Shown here: positions 49,101 through 62,815 of the stretch, one piece after another
Layout: each line of letters starts with the position of its first letter
Position numbering within the stretch: position 1 is the stretch's first letter
Source of the DNA: Lingula anatina
Taxonomy: Eukaryota; Animalia; Brachiopoda
Length of the DNA: 64,000 nucleotides
Assembly (NCBI GenBank): GCA_051362555.1
Contig: JBPQGU010000016.1
Location: 4,030,001-4,094,000, forward strand
Direction: 5' to 3'
The notes under the pieces: model-generated
Told to the model about the DNA's origin: nothing
What the model saw: only the letters and a program-made list of their open reading frames with translations
The model's database searches: none
Program-made: the position numbers and the translations under genes

Positions 49101-52100
49101 ACATTTTTAATGAATGACAGGTGTGGTAGATTGATTTTCGTCACTTTTTGGAAAAATCGGAGACGGGTCGATTTTTGGTGATTTTGAGTGATTTTGAACA
49201 GTGCCAGCACTGTGAGATTTCTTCAATTTTGGCCAGGTAGGGATGAAAATTTTTTTTCTTCATTATAGTGTCAGGTAGGTGTGTTCGGTCATTTGTAGTA
49301 AGAATAAAGTGCTGGAAGAGTGGTGGTGTCAACATTAAGGAAGAAATAGAGCAAAAACTCTGTCTCCCCCCCCCCTCTCAGATTCTGTTCTCAGAGCTTA
49401 TTTTTGGATCATCTTTAAAGCTAGAATTGGGGGCCTTGATGAAGTGACCCGGGCGCGTTTCCACATTTTTTATGAATGACAGGTGTGGTAGATTGATTTT
49501 CGTCACTTTTTGGAAAAATCAGAGACGGGTCGATTTTTGGTGATTTTGAGTGATTTTGAACAGTGCCGGCACTGTGAGATTTCTTCAATTTTGGCCAGGT
49601 AGGGATGAAATTTTTTTTTCTTCATTATAGTGTCAGGTATATGTGTTCGGTCATTTGTAGTAAGAATAAAGTGCTGGAAGAGTGGTGGTGTCAACATTAA
49701 GGAAGAAATAGAGCAAAAACTCTGTCTCCCCCCCCCCTCTCAGATTCTGTTCTCAGAGCTTATCTTTGGATCATCTTTAAAGCTAGAATTGGGGGCCTTG
49801 ATGAAGTGACCCGGGCGCGTTTCCACATTTTTTATGAATGACAGGTGTGGTAGATTGATTTTCGTCACTTTTTGGAAAAATCGGAGACGGGTCGATTTTT
49901 GGTGATTTTGAGTGATTTTGAACAGTGCCGGCACTGTGAGATTTCTTCAATTTTGGCCAGGTAGGGATGAAAATTTTTTTTCTTCATTATAGTGTCAGGT
50001 AGGTGTGTTCGGTCATTTGTAGTAAGAATAAAGTGCTGGAAGAGTGGTGGTGTCAACATTAAGGAAGAAATAGAGCAAAAACTCTGTCTCCCCCCCCCCC
50101 TCTCAGATTCTGTTCTCAGAGCTTATTTTTGGATCATCTTTAAAGCTAGAATTGGGGGCCTTGATGAAGTGACCCGGGCGCGTTTCCACATTTTTTATGA
50201 ATGACAGGTGTGGTAGATTGATTTTCGTCACTTTTTGGAAAAATCGGAGACGGGTCGATTTTTGGTGATTTTGAGTGATTTTGAACAGTGCCGGCACTGT
50301 GAGATTTCTTCAATTTTGGCCAGGTAGGGATGAAAATTTTTTTTCTTCATTATAGTGTCAGGTAGGTGTGTTCGGTCATTTGTAGTAAGAATAAAGTGCT
50401 GGAAGAGTGGTGGTGTCAACATTAAGGAAGAAATAGAGCAAAAACTCTGTCTCCCCCCCCCCCCCCCCCCCTCTCAGATTCTGTTCTCAGAGCTTATTTT
50501 TGGATCATCTTTAAAGCTAGAATTGGGGGCCTTGATGAAGTGACCCGGGCGCGTTTCCACATTTTTTATGAATGACAGGTGTGGTAGATTGATTTTCGTC
50601 AGTTTTTGGAAAAATCGGAGACGGGTCGATTTTTGGTGATTTTGAGTGATTTTGAACAGTGCCGGCACTGTGAGATTTCTTCAATTTTGGCCAGGTAGGG
50701 ATGAAAATTTTTTTTCTTCATTATAGTGTCAGGTATGTGTGTTCGGTCATTTGTAGTAAGAATAAAGTGCTGGAAGAGTGGTGGTGTCAACATTAAGGAA
50801 GAAATAGAGCAAAAACTCTGTCTCCCCCCCCCTCTCAGATTCTGTTCTCAGAGCTTATTTTTGGATCATCTTTAAAGCTAGAATTGGGGGCCTTGATGAA
50901 GTGACCCGGGCGCGTTTCCACATTTTTTATGAATGACAGGTGTGGTAGATTGATTTTCGTCACTTTTTGGAAAAATCGGAGACGGGTCGATTTTTGGTGA
51001 TTTTGAGTGATTTTGAACAGTGCCAGCACTGTGAGATTTCTTCAATTTTGGCCAGGTAGGGTTGAAAATTTTTTTTCTTCATTATAGTGTCAGGTAGGTG
51101 TGTTCGGTCATTTGTAGTAAGAATAAAGTGCTGGAAGAGTGGTGGTGTCAACATTAAGGAAGAAATAGAGCAAAAACTCTGTCTCCCCCCCCCCTCAGAT
51201 TCTGTTCTCAGAGCTTATTTTTGGATCATCTTTAAAGCTAGAATTGGGGGCCTTGATGAAGTGACCAGGGCGCGTTTCCACATTTTTTATGAATGACAGG
51301 TGTGGTAGATTGATTTTCGTCACTTTTTGGAAAAATCGGAGACGGGTCGATTTTTGGTGATTTTGAGTGATTTTGAACAGTGCCAGCACTGTGAGATTTC
51401 TTCAATTTTGGCCAGGTAGGGATGAAAATTTTTTTTCTTCATTATAGTGTCAGGTAGGTGTGTTCGGTCATTTGTAGTAAGAATAAAGTGCTGGAAGAGT
51501 GGTGGTGTCAACATTAAGGAAGAAATAGAGCAAAAACTCTGTCTCCCCCCCCCTCTCAGATTCTGTTCTCAGAGCTTATTTTTGGATCATCTTTAAAGCT
51601 AGAATTGGGGGCCTTGATGAAGTGACCCGGGCGCGTTTCCACATTTTTTATGAATGACAGGTGTGGTAGATTGATTTTCGTCACTTTTTGGAAAAATCGG
51701 AGACGGGTCGATTTTTGGTGATTTTGAGTGATTTTGAACAGTGCCGGCAATGTGAGATTTCTTCAATTTTGGCCAGGTAGGGATGAAAATTTTTTTCTTC
51801 ATTATAGTGTCAGGTAGGTGTGTTCGGTCATTTGTAGTAAGAATAAAGTGCTGGAAGAGTGGTGGTGTCAACATTAAGGAAGAAATAGAGCAAAAACTCT
51901 GTCTCCCCCCCCCCCTCTCAGATTCTGTTCTCAGAGCTTATTTTTGGATCATCTTTAAAGCTAGAATTGGGGGCCTTGATGAAGTGACCCGGGCGCGTTT
52001 CCACATTTTTTATGAATGACAGGTGTGGTAGATTGATTTTCGTCACTTTTTGGAAAAATCGGAGACGGGTCGATTTTTGGTGATTTTGAGTGATTTTGAA

Positions 52101-55100
52101 CAGTGCCGGCACTGTGAGATTTCTTCAATTTTGGCCAGGTAGGGATGAAAATTTTTTTTCTTCATTATAGTGTCAGGTAGGTGTGTTCGGTCATTTGTAG
52201 TAAGAATAAAGTGCTGGAAGAGTGGTGGTGTCAACATTAAGGAAGAAATAGAGCAAAAACTCTGTCTCCCCCCCCCCCTCTCAGATTCTGTTCTCAGAGC
52301 TTATCTTTGGATCATCTTTAAAGCTAGAATTGGGGGCCTTGATGAAGTGACCCGGGCGCGTTTCCACATTTTTTATGAATGACAGGTGTGGTAGATTGAT
52401 TTTCGTCACTTTTTGGAAAAATCGGAGACGGGTCGATTTTTGGTGATTTTGAGTGATTTTGAACAGTGCCAGCACTGTGAGATTTCTTCAATTTTGGCCA
52501 GGTAGGGATGAAAATTTTTTTTCTTCATTATAGTGTCAGGTAGGTGTGTTCGGTCATTTGTAGTAAGAATAAAGTGCTGGAAGAGTGGTGGTGTCAACAT
52601 TAAGGAAGAAATAGAGCAAAAACTCTGTCTCCCCCCCCCTCTCAGATTCTGTTCTCAGAGCTTATTTTTGGATCATCTTTAAAGCTAGAATTGGGGGCCT
52701 TGATGAAGTGACCCGGGCGCGTTTCCACATTTTTTATGAATGACAGGTGTGGTAGATTGATTTTCGTCACTTTTTGGAAAAATCGGAGACGGGTCGATTT
52801 TTGGTGATTTTGAGTGATTTTGAACAGTGCCGGCACTGTGAGATTTCTTCAATTTTGGCCAGGTAGGGATGAAAATTTTTTTTCTTCATTATAGTGTCAG
52901 GTAGGTGTGTTCGGTCATTTGTAGTAAGAATAAAGTGCTGGAAGAGTGGTGGTGTCAACATTAAGGAAGAAATAGAGCAAAAACTCTGTCTCCCCCCCCC
53001 CCCTCTCAGATTCTGTTCTCAGAGCTTATTTTTGGATCATCTTTAAAGCTAGAATTGGGGGCCTTGATGAAGTGACCCGGGCGCGTTTCCACATTTTTTA
53101 TGAATGACAGGTGTGGTAGATTGATTTTCGTCACTTTTTGGAAAAATCGGAGACGGGTCGATTTTTGGTGATTTTGAGTGATTTTGAACAGTGCCGGCAC
53201 TGTGAGATTTCTTCAATTTTGTACAGGTAGGGATGAAAATTTTTTTTCTTCATTATAGTGTCAGGTAGGTGTGTTCGGTCATTTGTAGTAAGAATAAAGT
53301 GCTGGAAGAGTGGTGGTGTCAACATTAAGGAAGAAATAGAGCAAAAACTCTGTCTCCCCCCCCCCCTCTCAGATTCTGTTCTCAGAGCTTATCTTTGGAT
53401 CATCTTTAAAGCTAGAATTGGGGGCCTTGATGAAGTGACCCGGGCGCGTTTCCACATTTTTTATGAATGACAGGTGTGGTAGATTGATTTTCGTCACTTT
53501 TTGGAAAAATCGGAGACGGGTCGATTTTTGGTGATTTTGAGTGATTTTGAACAGTGCCGGCACTGTGAGATTTCTTCAATTTTGGCCAGGTAGGGATGAA
53601 AATTTTTTTTCTTCATTATAGTGTCAGGTATGTGTGTTCGGTCATTTGTAGTAAGAATAAAGTGCTGGAAGAGTGGTGGTGTCAACATTAAGGAAGAAAT
53701 AGAGCAAAAACTCTGTCTCCCCCCCCCCTCTCAGATTCTGTTCTCAGAGCTTATCTTTGGATCATCTTTAAAGCTAGAATTGGGGGCCTTGATGAAGTGA
53801 CCCGGGCGCGTTTCCACATTTTTTATGAATGACAGGTGTGGTAGATTGATTTTCGTCACTTTTTGGAAAAATCGGAGACGGGTCGATTTTTGGTGATTTT
53901 GAGTGATTTTGAACAGTGCCGGCACTGTGAGATTTCTTCAATTTTGGCCAGGTAGGGATGAAAATTTTTTTTCTTCATTATAGTGTCAGGTATGTGTGTT
54001 CGGTCATTTGTAGTAAGAATAAAGTGCTGGAAGAGTGGTGGTGTCAACGTTAAGGAAGAAATAGAGCAAAAACTCTGTCTCCCGCCCCCCCCCCTCTCAG
54101 ATTCTGTTCTCAGAGCTTATTTTTGGATCATCTTTAAAGCTAGTTTTGGGGGCTTTGATGAAGTGACCCGGGCGCGTTTCCACATTTTTTATGAATGACA
54201 GGTGTGGTAGATTGATTTTCGTCACTTTTTGGAAAAATCGGAGACGGGTCGATTTTTGGTGATTTTGAGTGATTTTGAACAGTGCCGGCACTGTGAGATT
54301 TCTTCAATTTTGGCCAGGTAGGGATGAAAATTTTTTTTCTTCATTATAGTGTCAGGTAGGTGTGTTCGGTCATTTGTAGTAAGAATAAAGTGCTGGAAGA
54401 GTGGTGGTGTCAACATTAAGGAAGAAATAGAGCAAAAACTCTGTCTCCCCCCCCCCCTCTCAGATTCTGTTCTCAGAGCTTATTTTTGGATCATCTTTAA
54501 AGCTAGAATTGGGGGCCTTGATGAAGTGACCCGGGCGCGTTTCCACATTTTTTATGAATGACAGGTGTGGTAGATTGATTTTCGTCACTTTTTGGAAAAA
54601 TCGGAGACGGGTCGATTTTTGGTGATTTTGAGTGATTTTGAACAGTGCCGGCACTGTGAGATTTCTTCAATTTTGGCCAGGTAGGGATGAAAATTTTTTT
54701 TCTTCATTATAGTGTCAGGTAGATGTGTTCGGTCATTTGTAGTAAGAATAAAGTGCTGGAAGAGTGGTGGTGTCAACATTAAGGAAGAAATAGAGCAAAA
54801 ACTCTGTCTCCCCCCCCCTCTCAGATTCTGTTCTCAGAACTTATTTTTGGATCATCTTTAAAGCTAGAATTGGGGGCCTTGATGAAGTGACCCGGGCGCG
54901 TTTCCACATTTTTTATGAATGACAGGTGGGGTAGATTGATTTTCGTCACTTTTTGGAAAAATCGGAGACGGGTCGATTTTTGGTGATTTTGAGTGATTTT
55001 GAACAGTGCCGGCACTGTGAGAGTTCTTCAATTTTGGCCAGGTAGGGATGAAAATTTTTTTTCTTCATTATAGTGTCAGGTAGGTGTGTTCGGTCATTTG

Positions 55101-58100
55101 TAGTAAGAATAAAGTGCTGGAATAGTGGTGGTGTCAACATTAAGGAAGAAATAGAGCAAAAACTCTGTCTCCCCCCCCTCTCAGATTCTGTTCTCAGAGC
55201 TTATTTTTGGATCATCTTTAAAGCTAGAATTGGGGGCCTTGATGAAGTGACCCGGGCGCGTTTCCACATTTTTTATGACTGACAGTTGTGGTAGATTGAT
55301 TTTCGTCACTTTTTGGAAAAATCGGAGACGGGTCGATTTTTGGTGATTTTGAGTGATTTTGAACAGTGCCGGCACTGTGAGATTTCTTTAATTTTGGCCA
55401 GGTAGGGATGAAAATTTTTTTTCTTCATTATAGTGTCAGGTAGATGTGTTCAGTCATTTGTAGTAAGAATAAAGTGCTGGAAGAGTGGTGGTGTCAACAT
55501 TAAGGAAGAAATAGAGCAAAAACTCTGTCTCCCCCCCCCCTCTCAGATTCTGTTCTCAGAGCTTATCTTTGGATCATCTTTAAAGCTAGAATTGGGGGCC
55601 TTGATGAAGTGACCCGGGCGCGTTTCCACATTTTTTATGAATGACAGGTGTGGTAGATTGATTTTCGTCACTTTTTGGAAAAATCGGAGACGGGTCGATT
55701 TTTGGTGATTTTGAGTGATTTTGAACAGTGCCGGCACTGTGAGATTTCTTCAATTTTGGCCAGGTAGGGATGAAAATTTTTTTTCTTCATTATAGTGTCA
55801 GGTACATGTGTTCGGTCATTTGTAGTAAGAATAAAGTGCTGGAAGAGTGGTGGTGTCAACATTAAGGAAGAAATAGAGCAAAAACTCTGTCTCCCCCCCC
55901 TCTCAGATTCTGTTCTCAGAACTTATTTTTGGATCATCTTTAAAGCTAGAATTGGGGGCCTTGATGAAGTGACCCGGGCGCGTTTCCACATTTTTTATGA
56001 ATGACAGGTGTGGTAGATTGATTTTCGTCACTTTTTGGAAAAATCGGAGACGGGTCGATTTTTGGTGATTTTGAGTGATTTTGAACAGTGCCGGCACTGT
56101 GAGATTTCTTCAATTTTGGCCAGGTAGGGATGAAAATTTTTTTTCTTCATTATAGTGTCAGGTATGTTTGTTCGGTCATTTGTAGTAAGAATAAAGTGCT
56201 GGAAGAGTGGTGGTGTCAACGTTAAGGAAGAAATAGAGCAAAAACTCTGTCTCCCGCCCCCCCCCCCTCTCAGATTCTGTTCTCAGAGCTTATTTTTGGA
56301 TCATCTTTAAAGCTAGTTTTGGGGGCTTTGATGAAGTGACCCGGGCGCGTTTCCACATTTTTTATGAATGACAGGTGTGGTAGATTGATTTTCGTCACTT
56401 TTTGGAAAAATCGGAGACGGGTCGATTTTTGGTGATTTTGAGTGATTTTGAACAGTGCCGGCACTGTGAGATTTCTTCAATTTTGGCCAGGTAGGGATGA
56501 AAATTTTTTTTCTTCATTATAGTGTCAGGTAGGTGTGTTCGGTCATTTGTAGTAAGAATAAAGTGCTGGAAGAGTGGTGGTGTCAACATTAAGGAAGAAA
56601 TAGAGCAAAAACTCTGTCTCCCCCCCCCTCTCAGATTCTGTTCTCAGAGCTTATTTTTGGATCATCTTTAAAGCTAGAATTGGGGGCATTGATGAAGTGA
56701 CCCGGGCGCGTTTCCACATTTTTTATGAATGACAGGTGTGGTAGATTGATTTTCGTCACTTTTTGGAAAAATCGGAGACGGGTCGATTTTTGGTGATTTT
56801 GAGTGATTTTGAACAGTGCCGGCACTGTGAGATTTCTTCAGTTTTGGCCAGGTAGGGATGAAAATTTTTTTTCTTCATTATAGTGTCAGGTAGATGTGTT
56901 CGGTCATTTGTAGTAAGAATAAAGTGCTGGAAGAGTGGTGGTGTCAACATTAAGGAAGAAATAGAGCAAAAACTCTGTCTCCCCCCCCCCCCCTCTCAGA
57001 TTCTGTTCTCAGAGCTTATTTTTGGATCATCTTTAAAGCTAGAATTGGGGGCTTTGATGAAGTGACCCGGGCGCGTTTCCACATTTTTTATGAATGACAG
57101 GTGTGGTAGATTGATTTTCGTCACTTTTTGGAAAAATCGGAGACGGGTCGATTTTTGGTGATTTTGAGTGATTTTGAACAGTGCCGGCACTGTGAGATTT
57201 CTTCAATTTTGGCCAGGTAGGGATGAAAATTTTTTTTCTTCATTATAGTGTCAGGTAGGTGTGTTCGGTCATTTGTAGTAAGAATAAAGTGCTGGAAGAG
57301 TGGTGGTGTCAACATTAAGGAAGAAATAGAGCAAAAACTCTGTCTCCCCCCCCCCTCTCAGATTCTGTTCTCAGAGCTTATTTTTGGATCATCTTTAAAG
57401 CTAGAATTGGGGGCCTTGATGAAGTGACCCGGGCGTGTTTCCACATTTTTTATGAATGACAGGTGTGGTAGATTGATTTTCGTCACTTTTTGGAAAAATC
57501 GGAGACGGGTCGATTTTTGGTGATTTTGAGTGATTTTGAACAGTGCCGGCACTGTGAGATTTCTTCAATTTTGGCCAGGTAGGGATGAAAATTTTTTTTC
57601 TTCATTATAGTGTCAGGTAGGTGTGTTCGGTCATTTGTAGTAAGAATAAAGTGCTGGAAGAGTGGTGGTGTCAACATTAAGGAAGAAATAGAGCAAAAAC
57701 TCTGTCTCCCCCCCCCCCCCCTCTCAGATTCTGTTCTCAGAGCTTATTTTTGGATCATCTTTAAAGCTAGAATTGGGGGCCTTGATGAAGTGACCCGTTC
57801 GCGTTTCCACATTTTTTATGAATGACAGGTGTGGTAGATTGATTTTCGTCACTTTTTGGAAAAATCGGACACGGGTCGATTTTTGGTGATTTTGAGTGAT
57901 TTTGAACAGTGCCGGCACTGTGAGATTTCTTCGATTTTGGCAAGGTAGGGATGAAAATTTTTTTTCTTCATTATAGTGTCAGGTAGGTGTGTTTGGTCAT
58001 TTGTAGTAAGAATAAAGTGCTGGAAGAGTGGTGGTGTCAACATTAAGGAAGAAATAGAGCAAAAACTCTGTCTCCCCCCCCCCCTCTCAGATTCTGTTCT

Positions 58101-61100
58101 CAGAGCTTATTTTTGGATCATCTTTAAAGCTAGAATTGGGGGCCTTGATGAAGTGACCCGGGCGCGTTTCCACATTTTTTATGAATGACAGGTAAGGTAG
58201 ATTGATTTTCGTCACTTTTTGGAAAAATCGGAGACGGGTCGATTTTTGGTGATTTTGAGTGATTTTGAACAGTGCCGGCACTGTGAGAGTTCTTCAATTT
58301 TGGCCAGGTAGGGATGAAAATTTTTTTTCTTCATTATAGTGTCAGGTAGGTGTGTTCGGTCATTTGTAGTAAGAATAAAGTGCAGGAAGAGTGGTGGTGT
58401 CAACATTAAGGAAGAAATAGAGCAAAAACTCTGTCTCCCCCCCCCCCCTCTCAGATTCTGTTCTCAGAGCTTATTTTTGGATCATCTTTAAAGCTAGAAT
58501 TGGGGGCCTTGATGAAGTGACCCGGGCGCGTTTCCACATTTTTTATGAATGACAGGTGTGGTAGATTGATTTTCGTCACTTTTTGGAAAAATCGGACACG
58601 GGTCGATTTTTGGTGATTTTGAGTGATTTTGAACAGTGCCGGCACTGTGAGATTTCTTCGATTTTGGCCAGGTAGGGATGAAAATTTTTTTTCTTCATTA
58701 TAGTGTCAGGTAGGTGTGTTTGGTCATTTGTAGTAAGAATAAAGTGCTGGAAGAGTGGTGGTGTCAACATTAAGGAAGAAATAGAGCAAAAACTCTGTCT
58801 CCCCCCCCCCCCTCTCAGATTCTGTTCTCAGAGCTTATTTTTGGATCATCTTTAAAGCTAGAATTGGGGGCCTTGATGAAGTGACCCGGGCGCGTTTCCA
58901 CATTTTTTATGAATGACAGGTAAGGTAGATTGATTTTCGTCACTTTTTGGAAAAATCGGAGACGGGTCGATATTTGGTGATTTTGAGTGATTTTGAACAG
59001 TGCCGGCACTGTGAGAGTTCTTCAATTTTGGCCAGGTAGGGATGAAAATTTTTTTTCTTCATTATAGTGTCAGGTAGGTGTGTTCGGTCATTTGTAGTAA
59101 GAATAAAGTGCTGGAAGAGTGGTGGTGTCAACATTAAGGAAGAAATAGAGCAAAAACTCTGTCTCCCCCCCCCCTCTCAGATTATGTTCTCAGAGCTTAT
59201 TTTTGGATCATCTTTAAAGCTAGAATTGGGGGCCTTGATGAAGTGACCCGGGCGCGTTTCCACATTTTTTATGAATGACAGGTGTGGTAGATTGATTTTC
59301 GTCACTTTTTGGAAAAATCGGAGACGGGTCGATTTTTGGTGATTTTGAGTGATTTTGAACAGTGCCGGCACTGTGAGATTTCTTCGATTTTGGCCAGGTA
59401 GGGATGAAAATTTTTTTTCTTCATTATAGTGTCAGGTAGGTGTGTTCGGTCATTTGTAGTAAGAATAAAGTGCTGGAAGAGTGGTGGTGTCAACATTAAG
59501 GAAGAAATAGAGCAAAAACTCTGTCTCCCCCCCCCCCCTCTCAGATTCTGTTCTCAGAGCTTATTTTTGGATCATCTTTAAAGCTAGAATTGGGGGCCTT
59601 GATGAAGTGACCAGGGCGCGTTTCCACATTTTTTATGAATGACAGGTGTGGTAGATTGATTTTCGTCACTTTTTGGAAAAAATGGATTTTTGGTGATTTT
59701 GGGTGATTTTGAGTGATTTTGAACAGTGCCGGCACTGTGAGAGTTCTTCAATTTTGGCCAGGTAGGGATGAAAATTTTTTTTCTTCATTATAGTGTCAGG
59801 TAGGTGTGTTCGGTCATTTGTAGTAAGAATAAAGTGCTGGAAGAGTGGTGGTGTCAACATTAAGGAAGAAATAGAGCAAAAACTCTGTCTCCCCCCCCCC
59901 CTCTCAGATTCTGTTCTCAGAGCTTATTTTTGGATCATCTTTAAAGCTAGAATTGGGGGCCTTGATGAAGTGACCCGGGCGCGTTTCCACATTTTTTATG
60001 AATGACAGGTGTGGTAGATTGATTTTCGTCACTTTTTGGAAAAATCGGACACGGGTCGATTTTTGGTGATTTTGAGTGATTTTGAACAGTGCCGGCACTG
60101 TGAGATTTCTTCGATTTTGGCCAGGTAGGGATGAAAATTTTTTTTCTTCATTATAGTGTCAGGTAGGTGTGTTTGGTCATTTGTAGTAAGAATAAAGTGC
60201 TGGAAGAGTGGTGGTGTCAACATTAAGGAAGAAATAGAGCAAAAACTCTGTCTCCCCCCCCCCTCTCAGATTCTGTTCTCAGAGCTTATTTTTGGATCAT
60301 CTTTAAAGCTAGAATTGGGGGCCTTGATGAAGTGACCCGGGCGCGTTTCCACATTTTTTATGAATGACAGGTGTGGTAGATTGATTTTCGTCACTTTTTG
60401 GAAAAATCGGAGACGGGTCGATTTTTGGTGATTTTGAGTGATTTTGAACAGTGCCGGCACTGTGAGATTTCTTCGATTTTGGCCAGGTAGGGATGAAAAT
60501 TTTTTTTCTTCATTATAGTGTCAGGTAGGTGTGTTCGGTCATTTGTAGTAAGAATAAAGTGCTGGAAGAGTGGTGGTGTCAACATTAAGGAAGAAATAGA
60601 GCAAAAACTCTGTCTCTCCCCCCCCCCTCTCAGATTCTGTTCTCAGAGCTTATTTTTGGATCATCTTTAAAGCTAGAATTGGGGGCCTTGATGAAGTGAC
60701 CAGGGCGCGTTTCCACATTTTTTATGAATGACAGGTGTGGTAGATTGATTTTCGTCACTTTTTGGAAAAATCGGAGACGGGTCGATTTTTGGTGATTTTG
60801 AGTGATTTTGAACAGTGCCGGCACTGTGAGATTTCTTCAATTTTGGCCCGGTAGGGATGAAAATTTTTTTTCTTCATTATAGTGTCAGGTAGGTGTGTTC
60901 GGTCATTTGTAGTAAGAATAAAGTGCTGGAAGAGTGGTGGTGTCAACATTAAGGAAGAAATAGAGCAAAAACTCTGTCTCCCCCCCCCCCCCCTCTCAGA
61001 CTCTGTTCTCAGAGCTTATTTTTGGATCATCTTTAAAGCTAGAATTGGGGGCCTTGATGAAGTGACCCGGGCACGTTTCCACATTTTTTATGAATGACAG

Positions 61101-61680
61101 GTGTGGTAGATTGATTTTCGTCACTTTTTGGAAAAATCGGAGACGGGTCGATTTTTGGTGATTTTGAGTGATTTTGAACAGTGCCGGCACTGTGAGATTT
61201 CTTCAATTTTGGCCAGGTAGGGATGAAAAATTTTTTTTCTTCATTATAGTGTCAGGTAGGTGTGTTTGGTCATTTGTAGTTAGAATAAAGTGCTGGAAGA
61301 GTGGTGGTGTCAACATTAAGGAAGACATAGAACAATAACTCTGTCTCCCCCACTCTCCGATTCAGATCTCGGAGCTTATTTTTGGATCATTTTTAAAGAT
61401 AGAATTGGGGGGCCTTGATGAAGTGACCCGGGCGTATTTCCACATTTTTTATGAATGATAGGTGTGATAGATGATTTTCATGACATTTTTTTTTATTTTG
61501 AGTGATTTTCATAATTGCCAGCCATGTGAGATTTCTTCAATTTTGGCCAGGTAGGGATGAAAAAAAAATTTTTTTTTTTCATTATAGTGTCAGGTTGGTG
61601 TGTTTGGTCATTTGTAGTAAGCATAAAATGCGGGAAGAGTGGTGGTGTCAACATTATGGAATAAATAGAGCAAAAACTAT
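40161..61680. repeat. Tandem satellite array 2, same ~363-bp monomer and orientation, about 59 copies
   Basis: Starts abruptly at cagtccgtga|ttggccaggtagg (40161). Period 359-371 bp. More SNP variants than array 1. Degenerate terminal monomers at ~61200-61680. Confidence 0.98.
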
Positions 61681-62783
61681 TTATACAGATTCCTGCTATA
61701 TTATTATTTTATCTTTAATTTATCGAATTTTATGATGCCTTTTATGGAAGCGTGTAAGGGTCACAACACCAACACCAAAAACAAAATTCACAACACCAAC
61801 ACCAAAAACAAACTTCACAACATCAACACCAAAAACAAAACTCACATCACCAACACCAAAAACAAAACTCACAACACCAACACCAAAAACAAACTTCACA
61901 ACACCAACACCAAAAACAAAACTCACAACACCAACACCAAAAACAAAACTCACAACACCAACACCAAAAACAAACTTCACAACACCAAGTTGTTGGTGTT
62001 GTGAAGTTTGTTTTTGGTGTTGGTGTTGTGAGTTTTGTTTTTGATGTTGGTGTTGTGACCCTTACACGCTTCCATAGCCTTTCTATATACATAGTCCTTT
62101 TTAAAAATAATTACCGTATCAGTTTTTTAAAACTTAGAACAAAAGTTTTCAGTTTGTCTGTCTTTTTTATTCCAGCAATTTCAGCAGCCATTACTGTTCC
62201 CGAGACACCTTGCCTGTGCTATCAAACGAATCCTGTTACTTACAGCACAGGAGCACCAAAGAGTTTGAAGAGTGCTTTACAAGTCATCAGTCAAATTAAA
62301 AAGAAATGGTCTTAGCTTTGCAAACCGGTGTCAAAGGGTCAAATCAAGTATTCCAAGCCTTCCAAGGACTAGTATGATGTAAGTCAGTATGGACAATATA
62401 TTAAAGATCCAAAAGCATCAAAGTCTTTAAGGTACTCGCCCCACGCCGCAGCATGTCATCGAAGAAATGACCCCTTGATGATAGGGATATGGATTGCAAG
62501 TGTTCTGGAGGCTCCAAGACAACTGTCTATAGCAGGTTCTGGTACTTGCATAGTGGGTCTTCAAACCCTTGGTATAGAAAGTACAAACCAGCAGCTTAAT
62601 CTGGAAGTTAAAAAGAAAAAACAGCCATAAGTCCATGCATTAAAATCATGTTGAAATCTCTTTTTGGAAATTAGAAAAACGACTATTGCAATTATTAGAG
62701 AAGGCTTAATTAACTTTGAGTGTGCATTTTGTATTTTTGGCAATAATGAGAAATGAATGAACATTCATTGATTAATTATTATC

Positions 62784-62815
<32 letters not shown>

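Noticed and set aside
12-61190. Hundreds of repeated 60-70 aa ORFs (MPALFKITQN..., MLTPPLFQH..., MSGRCVRSF...)
   Set aside because: They are translations of the satellite monomer. They overlap in several frames, open and close with poly-C length, often rely on alternative starts, and contain no recognisable domain.
61720-62315. Low-complexity ORFs (NTNTKNKTH / FVFGVGVV / CWCC repeats)
   Set aside because: They are translations of the 27-bp repeats in the foldback insertion, which is absent from the other flank copy.
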